A DNA stretch of 64,000 bases from Eledone cirrhosa (Eukaryota). This document shows positions 43,385 to 56,159 of the stretch, in pieces. The stretch lies in the NCBI GenBank assembly GCA_964016885.1, contig OZ024743.1, forward strand, positions 320,230,001-320,294,000. The letters run 5' to 3'. How positions within the stretch are numbered: the first letter of the stretch is position 1; each line of letters opens with the position of its first letter. A program made the translations under genes and the position numbers. Under the pieces are notes generated by a model. That model ran no database searches. It saw only the letters and a list, made by a program, of their open reading frames with translations, and had not been told where the DNA came from.

Positions 43385-44118
43385 ATAAGTAAGATGTATG
43401 GTTGGTCGTATGTGAATCGCGATGATCACGTCTGACTTACCAAATATGTGACGGTAGCTAGTTAAGCTCTATGCGTATACGCAGAGCAGAAATATTAGTG
43501 AAAAAGAACAAAGGAACTATTATGACATTATAACAAGTTTATTGCCGACAGCCGTTTCGTCCGACCCCATGGTGGGACTTATCAAGGCATATAACATGTG
43601 ATTGCAAGATCATTGTTTACATCAACGTATCACTCAAGGCTAGCAGTTTGAAATTGCTGTATACATCAGCAACTCCGCTTTAAGGGGGGCTCTTTTATAT
43701 TAGTTGTCGGGGTCAGGGATTGAAGTTTAAAAATTAGACAAAAATATATAATTCACGCATCAACATTAAACCAAAAGACTTGGGGTCCCGTAGAAGCACC
43801 TCAGAAAATCCCTCAATGAGTGCATAAAGCTTACAGGCTCCAATACACCTATTAGTCTAGAAGAAAATTAAGAGGCTAATAAAATAAGAAAATAAAAATA
43901 TAAAGTTTCCCTAAAAAATATATAGAGTTCCTATGAAATTTCTTCCAGAGAAAAAAAATTTTTTCCGAAAGAAAAAAACCTTCTTCCCCCGAGATCACGT
44001 TTACAAAATTCAGAAAACTGAATTTAAAACTAGGTTGAAAGAAACTAATCAATTAGAGGTTAATTCAGAGAGCCTTCCATAAATCTCTCAGAAAAGGCCC
44101 CTTTACTATTTCCAATAG
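43385..44118 (-). repeat. 5' pseudo-LTR of the PLE
   Basis: Near-identical to 38154-38886. Confidence 0.92.
43539..43594 (-). ncRNA. Hammerhead ribozyme (U3-A8 core) in the 5' pseudo-LTR
   Basis: Identical to 38308-38363. Confidence 0.8.
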
Positions 44119-44369
44119 TAAACTCATCGCTAGAACACCCGTTAGAACAGCCAAATGCTGTCAATGACAGTGATGGTCAAAAATGCTTCAGAGGATAAAG
44201 ACCAGTGGCCAGACACGTCAACAGGGTGATAATCCACAAGGTGTGGTGTGACAGGTAGATGAAATATAGAAAATTTGAAAGGGGAGGACGACAAGGAGGT
44301 GTGTCTTCGCGTATAGAAATGACTGGAAAAAGGAAATAAGGAAAGGCGATGTACAAGATAAGTTCATAA

Positions 44370-44400
<31 letters not shown>

Positions 44401-44849
44401 CACATCTTTACCCTCATCAGCTCTCCAATCAGCAACATGGTTTTGCGCGATTTAATTGAGAGTACCATTATAAAATATTGGATTGTGTCACAGAAAAATA
44501 AATCTTTCTGCTGGTATGATGTTTGTTATAAAACAAACACCGGAGATATTAAGACGAAAGAAGACAGAAAAGAAAAGAAGAGGATAGTGGAGCTCAAACC
44601 GTGGTGTCTGTCCTAAATAGAAAGATAATCATAGCTATGATAATGTTAAATGAATAAACATCATTGTCTCTGATCGAGTCAAAGTGTGAGTATATTTGAA
44701 TTCATATAAAATTAGAAAACTCATTGCTAGTACAGCCGTTAAAACAACCAAATGCTGTCAATGAGACTGATGGGCAAACTTGTGTATGTATGTATGTATA
44801 AATGCATATACATATAAATATCTAAACAAAAAAAGTCTAAAGGCTGCCT

Positions 44850-45055
44850 TAAGCTCATTTGGCCGGTGCTTATCCCGGTTTCCTGGCGTGAAGCAGGGCT
44901 AAATCCTCAGCTATTGTTAGTACTCATTTTCAGCTGAGTATACTGGAGCAACGTGAAATGTAGTGTTTTGCGCAAGAACACAACACGCAACCCAGAAATC
45001 GAACCCACGATAATATGATCGTAAGTCCAACACCCTTACCACTAGGCCACGTGCC
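44850..45055 (-). mobile_element. Second tRNA-derived SINE family (fragments also at 46302-46467 and 51720-51850)
   Basis: Minus-strand A box TGGCCTAGTGG and B box GGTTCGATTTC; shared ggagcaacgtgaaat core. Confidence 0.7.
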
Positions 45056-45380
45056 CAATTATACATGTGTGTGTTTGTGTACATTGGACACCCGTCGCTT
45101 TCTACAATTAGTGTACCAATTGAATTATCTGATCACTTTTATCTATTGGAAAGAGCAAACATTTATTTGACCTGCATAAATCGTAAAAAAGACACTCACA
45201 AATAACACTCGCCTCGCTTAAGAAAGGAATTCGGGATATGACGAGATTTTTTTCACCATAAGTTACTCTAACATGAATAACATGAAATCTAACAATTTTG
45301 ATATTATTATTATGATTAGTATATGTTGAGGAAAAGCTTGACACCACTCAGAAAATTTCACATGTTCTATTTTCAATCAG

Positions 45381-45552
45381 GCAAAAGAGACTATGCTATT
45401 AAATGACTGCTCGAAAGCCGTCACCTGTAAAGAAGATAGAAAATATGTGGAGACGACACCATGCCCCATAGGATTTGAATGTTTGGTTGAATACGGTAAA
45501 CGTGTGTGTAAATGCCCACCTGGATTTGCACCTTTGAAAGGTGTATGCAAAG
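45381..45552 (+). CDS. TILa/EGF-like Cys-rich exon
   Basis: aatcag|GCAAAA...TGCAAAG|gtatgt; DCSKAVTC..PCPIGFEC..CKCPPGF..GVC; phase 0-1. Confidence 0.87.
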
Positions 45553-45857
45553 GTATGTACAGGGATATTAATTTTGTTTTACTAAACTTCATATTTGATT
45601 AATGGTTTGAAGGTTGTTATATGTATATATGTATACACACAATATGACTGAAGATGAAGATTAACAAGTGAGATTCATTCCTTAATTTCTACGTCGGTTT
45701 CAATACGGTTACAATGTTACATGCATAAGTAAAAAAACGAGAAATAATTATCAACTTCATTTCGTCTGGAAAATGGGAGAAAGCAGAAATTTTGCCAAGT
45801 TCAAATAGTAACAAGAATAGACTTCATATCAAACACTGAGCCTAAAGCAAGCAATTG

Positions 45858-45913
<56 letters not shown>

Positions 45914-46024
45914 AAAAAAAGATGAAATCGAAAATGCAACTGGAGTCTTATTTAAAAACATATATAGATATTTATTTGGTTTCTCACAGATGTGAGAAAA
46001 ACCACAGACCCTCCATCTCAACTC

Positions 46025-46065
46025 TACTTTTGAAAAGCAGAAGAACTGCGAAACCGGTAAAGGAA
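46025..46065 (+). ncRNA. Minimal hammerhead ribozyme, U3-A8 core, inside a small inverted-repeat element (45909-46136)
   Basis: ctt-TTGAAAA-GCAG aagaa CTGC-GAAAC cg GTA-aag. Confidence 0.65.
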
Positions 46066-46237
46066 CTAAATAAATATCTATATTTTTTAAAAATAAGACT
46101 CCAGTTGCATTTTCGATTTCATCTTTTTTTCTTTATACTTTCACTCGTGTAGGACACCTCGGTTATTTTTCATTCTGTAAAAAAAACAAAAAATCTCACT
46201 TTCTAATATATATATATATATATATACATTTCTATAT

Positions 46238-46305
<68 letters not shown>

Positions 46306-46465
46306 CTTGATCACCTCGACCGACCAGCCTGTCGGGAGTCAATCGGCGCGGCTGGTCACAGCACGTCGTGCTGTTTTAGCCATAAGATAAGGCCATCCCA
46401 CTGGCTGGGCGGGCAGGCTGGTACTCATTTCTACAGCTGAGTAAACTGGAGCAACGTGAAATAAA

Positions 46466-46546
<81 letters not shown>

Positions 46547-46857
46547 ATGGAGTTTTTTGACGTATTGAAATAGACGAAGAAATTAAGGAATGAAGTTAAG
46601 TTGTTAACCTTGGTCTTTTGTCACCTGAAATGTCTTCAAAAATAACATTAACCCTCGATGACTTATTCGCTTGTTTTAAATTCCTGATGAACCGAGTATT
46701 TTACTGTGCATAGAGCTTCTCTCACCTTACCAAAGATAATAGTGAATTACTCCACTATTTTATATATTATAAAGTATATATATATAATTTTATTAAGGCT
46801 AAATAGTGAGTTTCACCTGTTTATCTCAGCCGTCAACCACATACGGATACACACTCA

Positions 46858-46912
<55 letters not shown>

Positions 46913-47442
46913 TATAAAGTACGAGGAATCAGTATTGCATCAAATCACAATTTATTAACATATTACATATGTTTCTCTGTCGATCAGCTCGAGGCAAGAT
47001 CTGTTACAGATCGAACCTGACTCTGCATTTGAAGCGTCTTCATGTCTTCAAACATCTCAGCTGTTCTTTATCTGTAGTAAATATGAGTATCTTGTTATTA
47101 TGGCCTTTTCATTGGTTCAGTAATCCCATCATCACGATATTTCTGTCCACTTTCGTTTATCCATTGGTTGATCAAAAGGCCGTATTCATTCATGTGTCAC
47201 CTGTGAGTACACAAAGTTGTTCACCAGTCACTACTACTTTACCATTCTCACACCACCCATTTCCCACATATACATATACACGCTCACATATATATATATA
47301 TATATTAGAAGTGCTTAAAAGTGGCACTAACATTGTAGTGGTACATATACGATATATTCAAAAACATTCGAAAGACGGTATTAATACTTTTATATTATAT
47401 ATGAACATATGCTATATATATATTTTCCCATACACCCCTATG

Positions 47443-47497
<55 letters not shown>

Positions 47498-49364
47498 TGT
47501 GTGTGTGTGTGCGTGTGTGTGGGTGCGTGTGTGTGTGTGTGTGCGTGTGGGGGTGTATGTAACTGACAACATCCAAACACGATAAATATAGTGTGAAAGT
47601 TTATTGAGGAGTCTCAGTTCCAAATCTCATAAAAATACATTACCATTAGCAAGAATATTTAAATTTTGACAAACATGTTTGTTGTAGTCATGATTCATTT
47701 CGATTCTTATTTTACGTCCATTTCATTCTCTATTGATTTGGGAACAAGAAGGACATTCCCTATACTAAAAATGAATTGCTACATTCTATATATGCAACAA
47801 AAATATTTGATGTAATTTAATTGTCCTGGGCCTCAGCAAAAAAACAATTAAAGCTTTATTTTTTAGCCATATATATTTAAGCTATCTAAGAGTAAACACA
47901 TCATTGACAAGGATCAACGTCAAAGAATCTTAGGTTTGATGCTTAAGACAAAAGAAATAATTTATATTGTTCAAATAAATTAGTTTTTATAACTAGAATC
48001 AAAGCTATGAGTTTTGTGGAGCATTGTGTACATTTCTCATGACAATAACATTGAGATTATTTCTACAGATCTAATCTGTAAAATATCAAAATAATTCTTT
48101 AATTCTTGTCTACTATTCCTACTCATATTAGAGCACTGTGTTAATTATGAAGTCTGTACCGTCAAATATATAAAGTTATCCATGTACAGCTCTTGTAGGT
48201 GAGGGAATTCCTAGTTAACAATAAAAAGAAATTAGCTGCAACACAGACAAATATTTGAATCCTCTTTCCCTGTTCTTTCTTGTTTCCTTTCAACGTCGAA
48301 AATATGAAAGAAGTAGGAGAATATTATATTATGCACAATATTATTGCAACCAACTTCTGCAACTGCTGACTTTAAATTAAATAAATTCACTTGTTTATGA
48401 TTCATTAATGAAAGTATTATACGCAATTAGCGGTGATATAATACAGGAAACAAATTAAGTGATAGCTAAGTCCAAAACAAACATTTATCTGTATCAGCGT
48501 ATAAGTTTAGATTAAAATTATAAACAGGATAAAATTACATATGCAGGAAACCGTTTCTAGAAAAATAGTGAAATTCATATTCAATTTAAAAAAAATAAAA
48601 ATAAACAAGCTGTGAAATCCTTGTATAACTTTTTATATCTGATAGGTGACACTAGATTGCGATTAAAAGATTAAAACATTTGAGGTTATTCCAGTTGAAA
48701 TAGCACATTTAAAAATAACAATCAGTATTATATTTGTAAAAGATTCTTTAAACTTGGCTCATTATGCTATATGTTCAGTAAATGTTGGTGTGATAACCAA
48801 ATATTTTCTAAAAATTAGGAATCTTTTGTGAAATGCTTTCAACAAGATGTACACATAGAAACAGTTTTAACTACAAACTGTAAGTTCTTAGCAGTTAAAT
48901 TAATAGAAGTGTTGAAATTTATATATCGAGGAGAGATACAATACTTCATCCATGAATATGAGAGCGTCAGCCGATACTTCAGCTGTTGAAATGCCACAGT
49001 ATTGACTAAATCCTTATAGAAGTTCATGTTCCTCCGAAAACAACAGTAAAACATTGAACGGGCTGGAACAATGATCATTTCTACTTTTTTCTTTCTGACT
49101 TTTAGTTTCTAAAAATATTACAAATAAATGTGAGATCAAATCTGTATAAAAGCAACTCTATGAATTGTCATAGAGTTACGATTGGTTAATAGCTTAACAT
49201 GAATATATTTACTGACAAATGGGTTGAAATTAAAACAAAAGAGAGTAGTGAGCATAGTGATGCATTAAGAATATCTTTATACATTTTGTTCTAACAATAA
49301 AAATGTTGACATTTTAATAAATATTTTTTTATTGTATCATCTGTATCTTCTTTTCTCTTTTCAG

Positions 49365-49382
49365 CTGTAATTGACCCACCAC
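49365..49382 (+). CDS. 18-nt microexon (AVIDPP)
   Basis: Long pyrimidine tract tttcag|CTGTAATTGACCCACCAC|gtaagc; phase 1-1. Confidence 0.65.
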
Positions 49383-50180
49383 GTAAGCCTGATAATGTTA
49401 TTTTATTTTATCAATTTTAAAGGTTGAACGAATCTTTTTATTATGTATCAGTCTGACAAATCCTGGTATACAGCTTCGACTTAACCGCTGCACCTGTGTG
49501 CAACACTTTTACGTGTTCCAGATAATAAGTTATTAATATTATTGATTAAAATGCTCGGGGGCTTTCTTATATCTCATGACTTCATGTGGAGAACAACTAA
49601 ATGTATTCTTGCAAACAGTATAACATTTGGTGTTTCGGCACCCCTATATTTAATAACGGATGCAAAATTGCCAAGTAAAAGTGGTTATACAATATATTCA
49701 AATATACTATTGGTGTCGTTTTAGACAGAAAATATCAATCTAAGCACAACTTATTGCCATATCTATGTTATTATATCATCAAGATAGAGCCACTTTAAGT
49801 TTTAACTTAGCCTATTTCTCAGTTACACGTGTCTGAAATATTCGGTACAGTACTGCTTTTCATTGAGGGTAGATTACACTGTAAACATATTAAATGCTAA
49901 TGATTGCGTTGTTAGAGGCATTGAACTGCCAACCTATGTTCCTGTTATTCATCCCCAGTACTTTATTATTGTCTTTAGCGAAGTCAACATCCGTTAAAAT
50001 GATTTAGTTCACCAGGCTGAGTAATTTCACGAAGTTATAAGTTGATAATACAACATGATCCTCATGTGAAACATTATTACATTCTAAGTTAAAACATCGA
50101 AGATCAATTAAAGAGAGGAAATTAATCACTTGTTATGTGTCATTTTAAATATCGTTAATCTAATTTAATTTCTACTTCAG

Positions 50181-50216
50181 CCAAACCTATTGTTGATCCA
50201 GATTTCACAAAACCAG
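50181..50216 (+). CDS. 36-nt microexon (PKPIVDPDFTKP)
   Basis: ctacttcag|CCAAAC...AAACCAG|gtatat; phase 1-1, Pro-rich linker. Confidence 0.65.
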
Positions 50217-51047
50217 GTATATTTAATTCTTTATGATTAACTGTTGTTTCTTATTTATACAAAATATGATTATAACATTTGATTATAACGTTTGAAACTA
50301 ATTGAAGGACCTAGTCTATGATGGAGAATAATTATTGTAATAATACTAATCCCAAGTCATATATGAGAGAAAAAGATATGTTAGAGGTTTTATGGGATTG
50401 AGGTTAAACACATCAATATATTGCATGCATGGATCCATATTGACATACGGCCTTTATAGGGCATTTGTAAACCTAGCGGAGCCTAATGTTCTCCATGTCT
50501 GAATACAGGATATTTCTTCCAGAGAAAGAATAAAACAAAGAAAGAGATATAGAAGAAGAATTGATCCTAGTATTTGTCTGGTACTCTTTTATCGACCTCG
50601 AATGAAAGGCAAATTTGACCTCGGCGGGATTTGAGCTCAGAGTACAGAGGGCCGAAATGAATACTGCAAAGCATTCTATCTGACGTTCTTACCGTTTTGC
50701 TAATTCGCCGCCTATATCAACATATTACAAGCAGAAAACGGTGCAGTTGTCGTCATATATATTATAATTGTTTCTACTTTTGGCACAAGGCCAGCAATTA
50801 CCCAGTGCATTACTGGTACTTTATTTTATCGACCCCGTAAGGATGAAAGGTAAAGTTAACCTCAACGGGATTAACTTTGCTAGGTTTACAAATGCCCTAT
50901 AAAGGCCGTATGTCAATATGGCGCCCCTAATGGGAATTTATTCTGCCTGTCACCAAAATAATTAAGTCTCACACACACACATACACACACACATGTATAT
51001 ATATATGTATGAATGTATGTATGTATATATGTATGTATACATATATA

Positions 51048-51651
51048 TGTCAGGTCACCAGTTGGTGCTACTGGTAACATGTATCCCAGTACAACCTGGC
51101 TCATGGTCGGGACGTTGGCGACTAAACTGGCAACCCCACCAAGGTTTCTTGGTGAGGAGGGTGACTTTGGACATCCTGCAGAACTAAAATCAAAACCTGT
51201 CAAAGGGCAAAGGAGCTCTTAAGAGTCAATGGCATCCAAAATCACCGGGAGAGATGAGCCCTTAGCCTTTGTCAAGGCAGAATTCTAGAAGGAAAACTCT
51301 GATATAACACCTGCAACCCTGATGGAATCCAATGATGTTGACTTGTTCTTCTTTTTGGTAAATATCATCTTGGTTAAGAGAGTGGGACCGGCTTTGTGCA
51401 GTGTCCTTGCTCACTATAAAAGCTTCACGGCACAGGCATTGCTTTATATCTGGAGATCTCTCTGCACTTGTCGTCACATGGTACCAAGGGCCCAGCACTA
51501 TGTGTCAATAATTGTCGCAAGTGTAGTGTTTGTACCAGAGTTTTCAAGTCGCTGGGTGGATTAAAAAGTCACACTCGTTCAGCGCATCGGTAGGGGTTCT
51601 CCTGCATGGATATAAAGTAGTGGCCGTACTCGAAAACGAGTTGGCAGCCAC

Positions 51652-51654
<3 letters not shown>
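51048..51654 (-). mobile_element. ~610-bp non-autonomous retroposon, copy B
   Basis: Near-identical to 35051-35661. Confidence 0.75.
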
Positions 51655-51714
<60 letters not shown>

Positions 51715-51855
51715 GGAACGATCGACTTTCGTCAAATCGGACCGATGAAACAATGTTTCCATTGGTCTTTCCAATTGCTAATACTATCCATCGGTAGAAG
51801 GAGCAACGTGAAATGAAGTGTCTTGCTCATAACGCACATAACGCACCGCCCGTTT

Positions 51856-51886
<31 letters not shown>

Positions 51887-52029
51887 ATATATATATAATA
51901 ATGATATTATTTATAGTTATGTATATACTATAAACAGGAAAGGTCAGTAATTTATTACTACCTTATCACCAGTAAGGGAAATACCTCAATGTAAGAACAT
52001 CAGGTGTTTTACAGAGCAGGAATATAAAT

Positions 52030-52095
<66 letters not shown>

Positions 52096-52164
52096 CATAA
52101 GTACTTATTCATAGGTCAGCATTCATATGTGATTATACTTAAATATCTGCACCTTTTATTGCAG

Positions 52165-52398
52165 TCATGCACATGTTTACTCGTGTAACCGTGGCTTACA
52201 TAGAAGGAACTGTTCTGGAAGAGACAAACGACACACAAACGGAAATCTGTGCTCACAGATGTCTCAAAAATAAGAAATGTAAATCATTTAATTACGATGA
52301 ACTTGTAAAACGTTGTCAACTCTTTGGTTTCAATGCTGCTACAACTGTCACTTTGACACCCAGTGAATGTCCATACAGGGATTACTATCAACTAATTG
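52165..52398 (+). CDS. PAN/Apple domain exon 1
   Basis: ttgcag|TCATG...CTAATTG|gtaagt; EICAHRCLKNKKCKSFNY....CQL...DYY; phase 1-1. Confidence 0.9.
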
Positions 52399-52732
52399 GT
52401 AAGTATGAATGTCATTAAAGACAATGTGATCCAAACCTTAGGAAGAACATTTTAAATTCAATATTCAGTAAATGGAATTATAAAGTGTAAAGTAAGTACG
52501 TAGAATGTCATCGACTGAACAATTTTGATTCCATTTCCTTGTTATTGCTCGTAAGAGAAATCAAAGTGTGTTGATATGTTTATGAAATTATAACTGTAGC
52601 TTTCAGCATATTGTTTACCTTTGTCTTAGCTTACTTCCATTTTCAGTTCGGTATTTCAAACTTGCTTGAACTGGCTTTCTTAAAATAGTTTTAACAATAC
52701 GCCCCCCCCCCACTAATACACACACATTGTAA

Positions 52733-52763
<31 letters not shown>

Positions 52764-52789
52764 TGTATGTATGTATGTATGTATGTATG

Positions 52790-53401
52790 TGTCAGGTCAC
52801 CAGTTGGTGCTACTGGTAATATGTATCCCAGTACAACCTGTCTCATGGTCGGGTCGTTGGCGACTAAACTGTCAACGCCACCAAGGTTTCTTGGTGAGGA
52901 GGGTGACTTTGGACATCCTGCAGGACTAAAAACAAAACCTGTCAAAGGGAAAAGGAGCTCTTAAGAGTCAATGGCAATCCAAAATCACCGGGAGAGATGA
53001 CCCTTTTAGCCTTTGTCAAGACAGAATTCTAGGAGAAGGAAAACTCTGATATAACACCTGCAACTCTGATGGTATCCAATGATGTTGACTTGTTCTTCTT
53101 TTTGGTAAATATCATCTTGGTTAAGAGAGTGGGACTGGCTTTGTGCACTGCCTTTGCTCACTATAAAAGCTTCACGGCACAGGCATTGCTTTATATCTGG
53201 AGATCTCTCTGCACTTGTCGTCACATGGTACCATGGGCCTAGCATTATGTGTCAATAATTGTCGCAAGTGTAGTGTTTGTACCAGAATTTTCAAGTCGCT
53301 GGCTGGAATAAAATGTCACACTCGTTCAGTGCATCGGTAGGAGTTCTCCTACATGGATATAAAGTAGTGGCCGTACTCGAAAACGAGTTGGCAGCCACCA
53401 T
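52790..53401 (-). mobile_element. ~610-bp non-autonomous retroposon in (CATA)n, copy C
   Basis: Near-identical to 35051-35661; (TATG)n on both sides. Confidence 0.75.
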
Positions 53402-53578
53402 GTATGTATGTATGTATGTTCTTCTGGTTTTATAATTTCACAAATTTTTGCCAATAGAGCGAGAGAGTCGGTTTCTAACATAGTTACAAGACTCTCACAC
53501 GTCCATGATGCTCATGCTTAAGTATCAAGCTATGGTATTACTCGAAACCTAATTGCAGCCATTATGTATATATGTATG

Positions 53579-53652
<74 letters not shown>

Positions 53653-54770
53653 GTGTGGGATGCTTAAAGCGTCCGTAAGTGGTATGCCGTTTGAGCACTC
53701 GATGCTCTTACAGAGCAGAGTATAATATCACATAAGAAACGGAGAATCAGTGGTGCGACGAATAAGATTTACTAGACATATTACAATCGTTTCTCTGGCG
53801 ACCATCTTGAGCCCGATCGATGCAATGATGAAACCTGACTCCGAAATCGTAACATTCTCAGAAATGTCTCGATTCTACGAAGCAGAGTTTCCATATATAT
53901 ATATATATAAAAGGAAAAAAAATATTTCTCTTCCTACTAATCGTCTTTTTCTCCCTACTTTCATATATATATATAATTACATAAACGGAGAAAGCTATTA
54001 GCGATATTCCGACCAATTTCCAACTCACACAACAAACATTTGAAAATGCCGGAGTATATTCCCAATTAAACGTTTGGGGTGCTAACTATATTGTATTGTG
54101 TGGATAATTGGCTGTATTATTTTATATGAGATATATTAAATATGATAAAGATCTCATCTCCCAAACGATCGTTTCATTACAAGATTTCTACATGGTGGGT
54201 GAAATTATACCAAGTTATGTAGAAGATTGTGTAAGATCAATGGATTCTTATGCAAGTGGGCACTTATAAATCTGCAGTGAGTGCCCAATAATATTAATAT
54301 TAATAACTAAATCAACATCAATATTTAGCGATAATCACCATCAGTGCTAGAAGAAGCTGTTAGGTTGTAAGACCAGTAGTTCTAAAGAAAACCTCACACT
54401 GTCCCTAAAATGGGAGGAGGAGGCTACCGGGAAAAATAATATACACGCAGGTCATTGAACTCTGACAAGAATTCAAGCCTCGTGCGAAGAACTGAATTGG
54501 ATATGAAAAAATAAGTGTGCACTGTTTAAGGACACATAGAGATATTTTCTCAGGCAAAATAACAGATATGAGACACAGGAACAAACAATCAATATTCATA
54601 TAAAAAAATAAACAAAGAGAGTCATACCTTATATCGGGAAAGTTCATATCTGGTGCTCCAAGAGTTGAACACATAATTACATAAACCGAGAAAGCTATTA
54701 ACGATACTCCGACCAATTTCCAACTCACTCAACTAACATTAGGAAATAACGGAGTATATATATATATATA

Positions 54771-55799
54771 TACAAGTTAATATGAATTAATATGAATTAA
54801 TATAAATATGATAAACACTAATACAATCATATAAGTGTTTGTATTGTAAATGACCAAGTTAGCTAGATTGAGAAATACTAATTAGATTAATACAGTTTGC
54901 CTGTCTCGATTTAAAATAATAAATCAATAAAAACAAACCCATATTGGCAATAGCCGTGGTACTTGGACAAATTTAAATTTCAAAATCCAAACCTGTTCCG
55001 TAGATAAGTTTAAACTTCAAAACCCAAATAAGTTTCGATAATTGAAAAAGTGAAAAATTCCATCTTCTGCTCTCATCAGCAAGTACCCAGAAAATTGGTA
55101 TGTTTCACCTCAAAATATTTAAAAGGACTGATCGACGCACATGGTATTTCAGCGTCTAGCTACCCCATACTCGTGCTGCTAGAAATAACAGCCGTTTTTA
55201 TGGGACTAAAATTAGCTCAACAAAAGGAGCCGTTATACTATATATATAGAGAGTTATAAACTGAAACCGTCTTTTACAATTAAATAGATCAAAGAAAGAA
55301 GTATTTCTGAGCCGTGAAATACAAGGCTGTAATTTCTAGCAGCACGAGTATGGGGTAGCTAGACGCTGAAATACCATGTGCGTCGATCAGAACTTTTAAA
55401 TATTTTGAGGTGAAACATACCAATTTACTGGGTACTTGCTGATGAGGGCAGAAGATGGAATTTTTCACTTTTTCAATTATCGAAACTTATTTGGGTTTTG
55501 AAGTTTAAACTTATCTACGGAACAGGTTTGGATTTTGAAATTTAAATTTGTCCAAGTACCACGGCTATTGCCAATATGGGTTTGTTTTTATTGATTTATT
55601 ATTTTAAATAGAGACAGGCAAACTGTATTAATCTAATTAGTATTTTTCAATCTAGCTAACTTGGTCATTTACAATACAAACACTTATATGATTGTATTAG
55701 TGTTTATCATATATATTAATTTATATTAACTTGTATTTCACGGCTCAGAAATACTTCTTTCTTTGAGCTATTTAATTGTAAAGGACTGTTTGAGTTTAT

Positions 55800-55806
<7 letters not shown>
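54771..55806. repeat. Compound inverted repeat A-B-A'-B'
   Basis: 54771-55193 mirrors 55325-55735; 55247-55324 mirrors 55730-55806. Confidence 0.85.
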
Positions 55807-55889
<83 letters not shown>

Positions 55890-56159
55890 GATAAGAAACG
55901 AAAGGAGCTGTGTGGTTAATGTAAAAAAAGTTTAAGAAGGTAGTATGGACGAAACAAGAGAAGAAAAGAAAAAGAAAAAATCCTTCATCAGCTGTAAAAA
56001 CCGAGATCAGAGAGAAACGAGAATAAACCAAGAATACAAAACAACATTACACAATTGTACATTATATTACATATTTCCTTGTTAAAGCAACTTTTTCAGA
56101 ATGAAAGAAAACAGATATGTAGGTTTGGATCAGTGGTGCCATAGGCAGAGTGATATAAT

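Larger units (their letters stand above)
38154..44118 (-). mobile_element. Near full-length Penelope-like retroelement with C-terminal endonuclease (probably Hydra clade)
   Basis: Direct pseudo-LTRs 43385-44118 and 38154-38886 flank an RT+GIY-YIG ORF; the 3' end abuts (TA)n. Confidence 0.92.
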
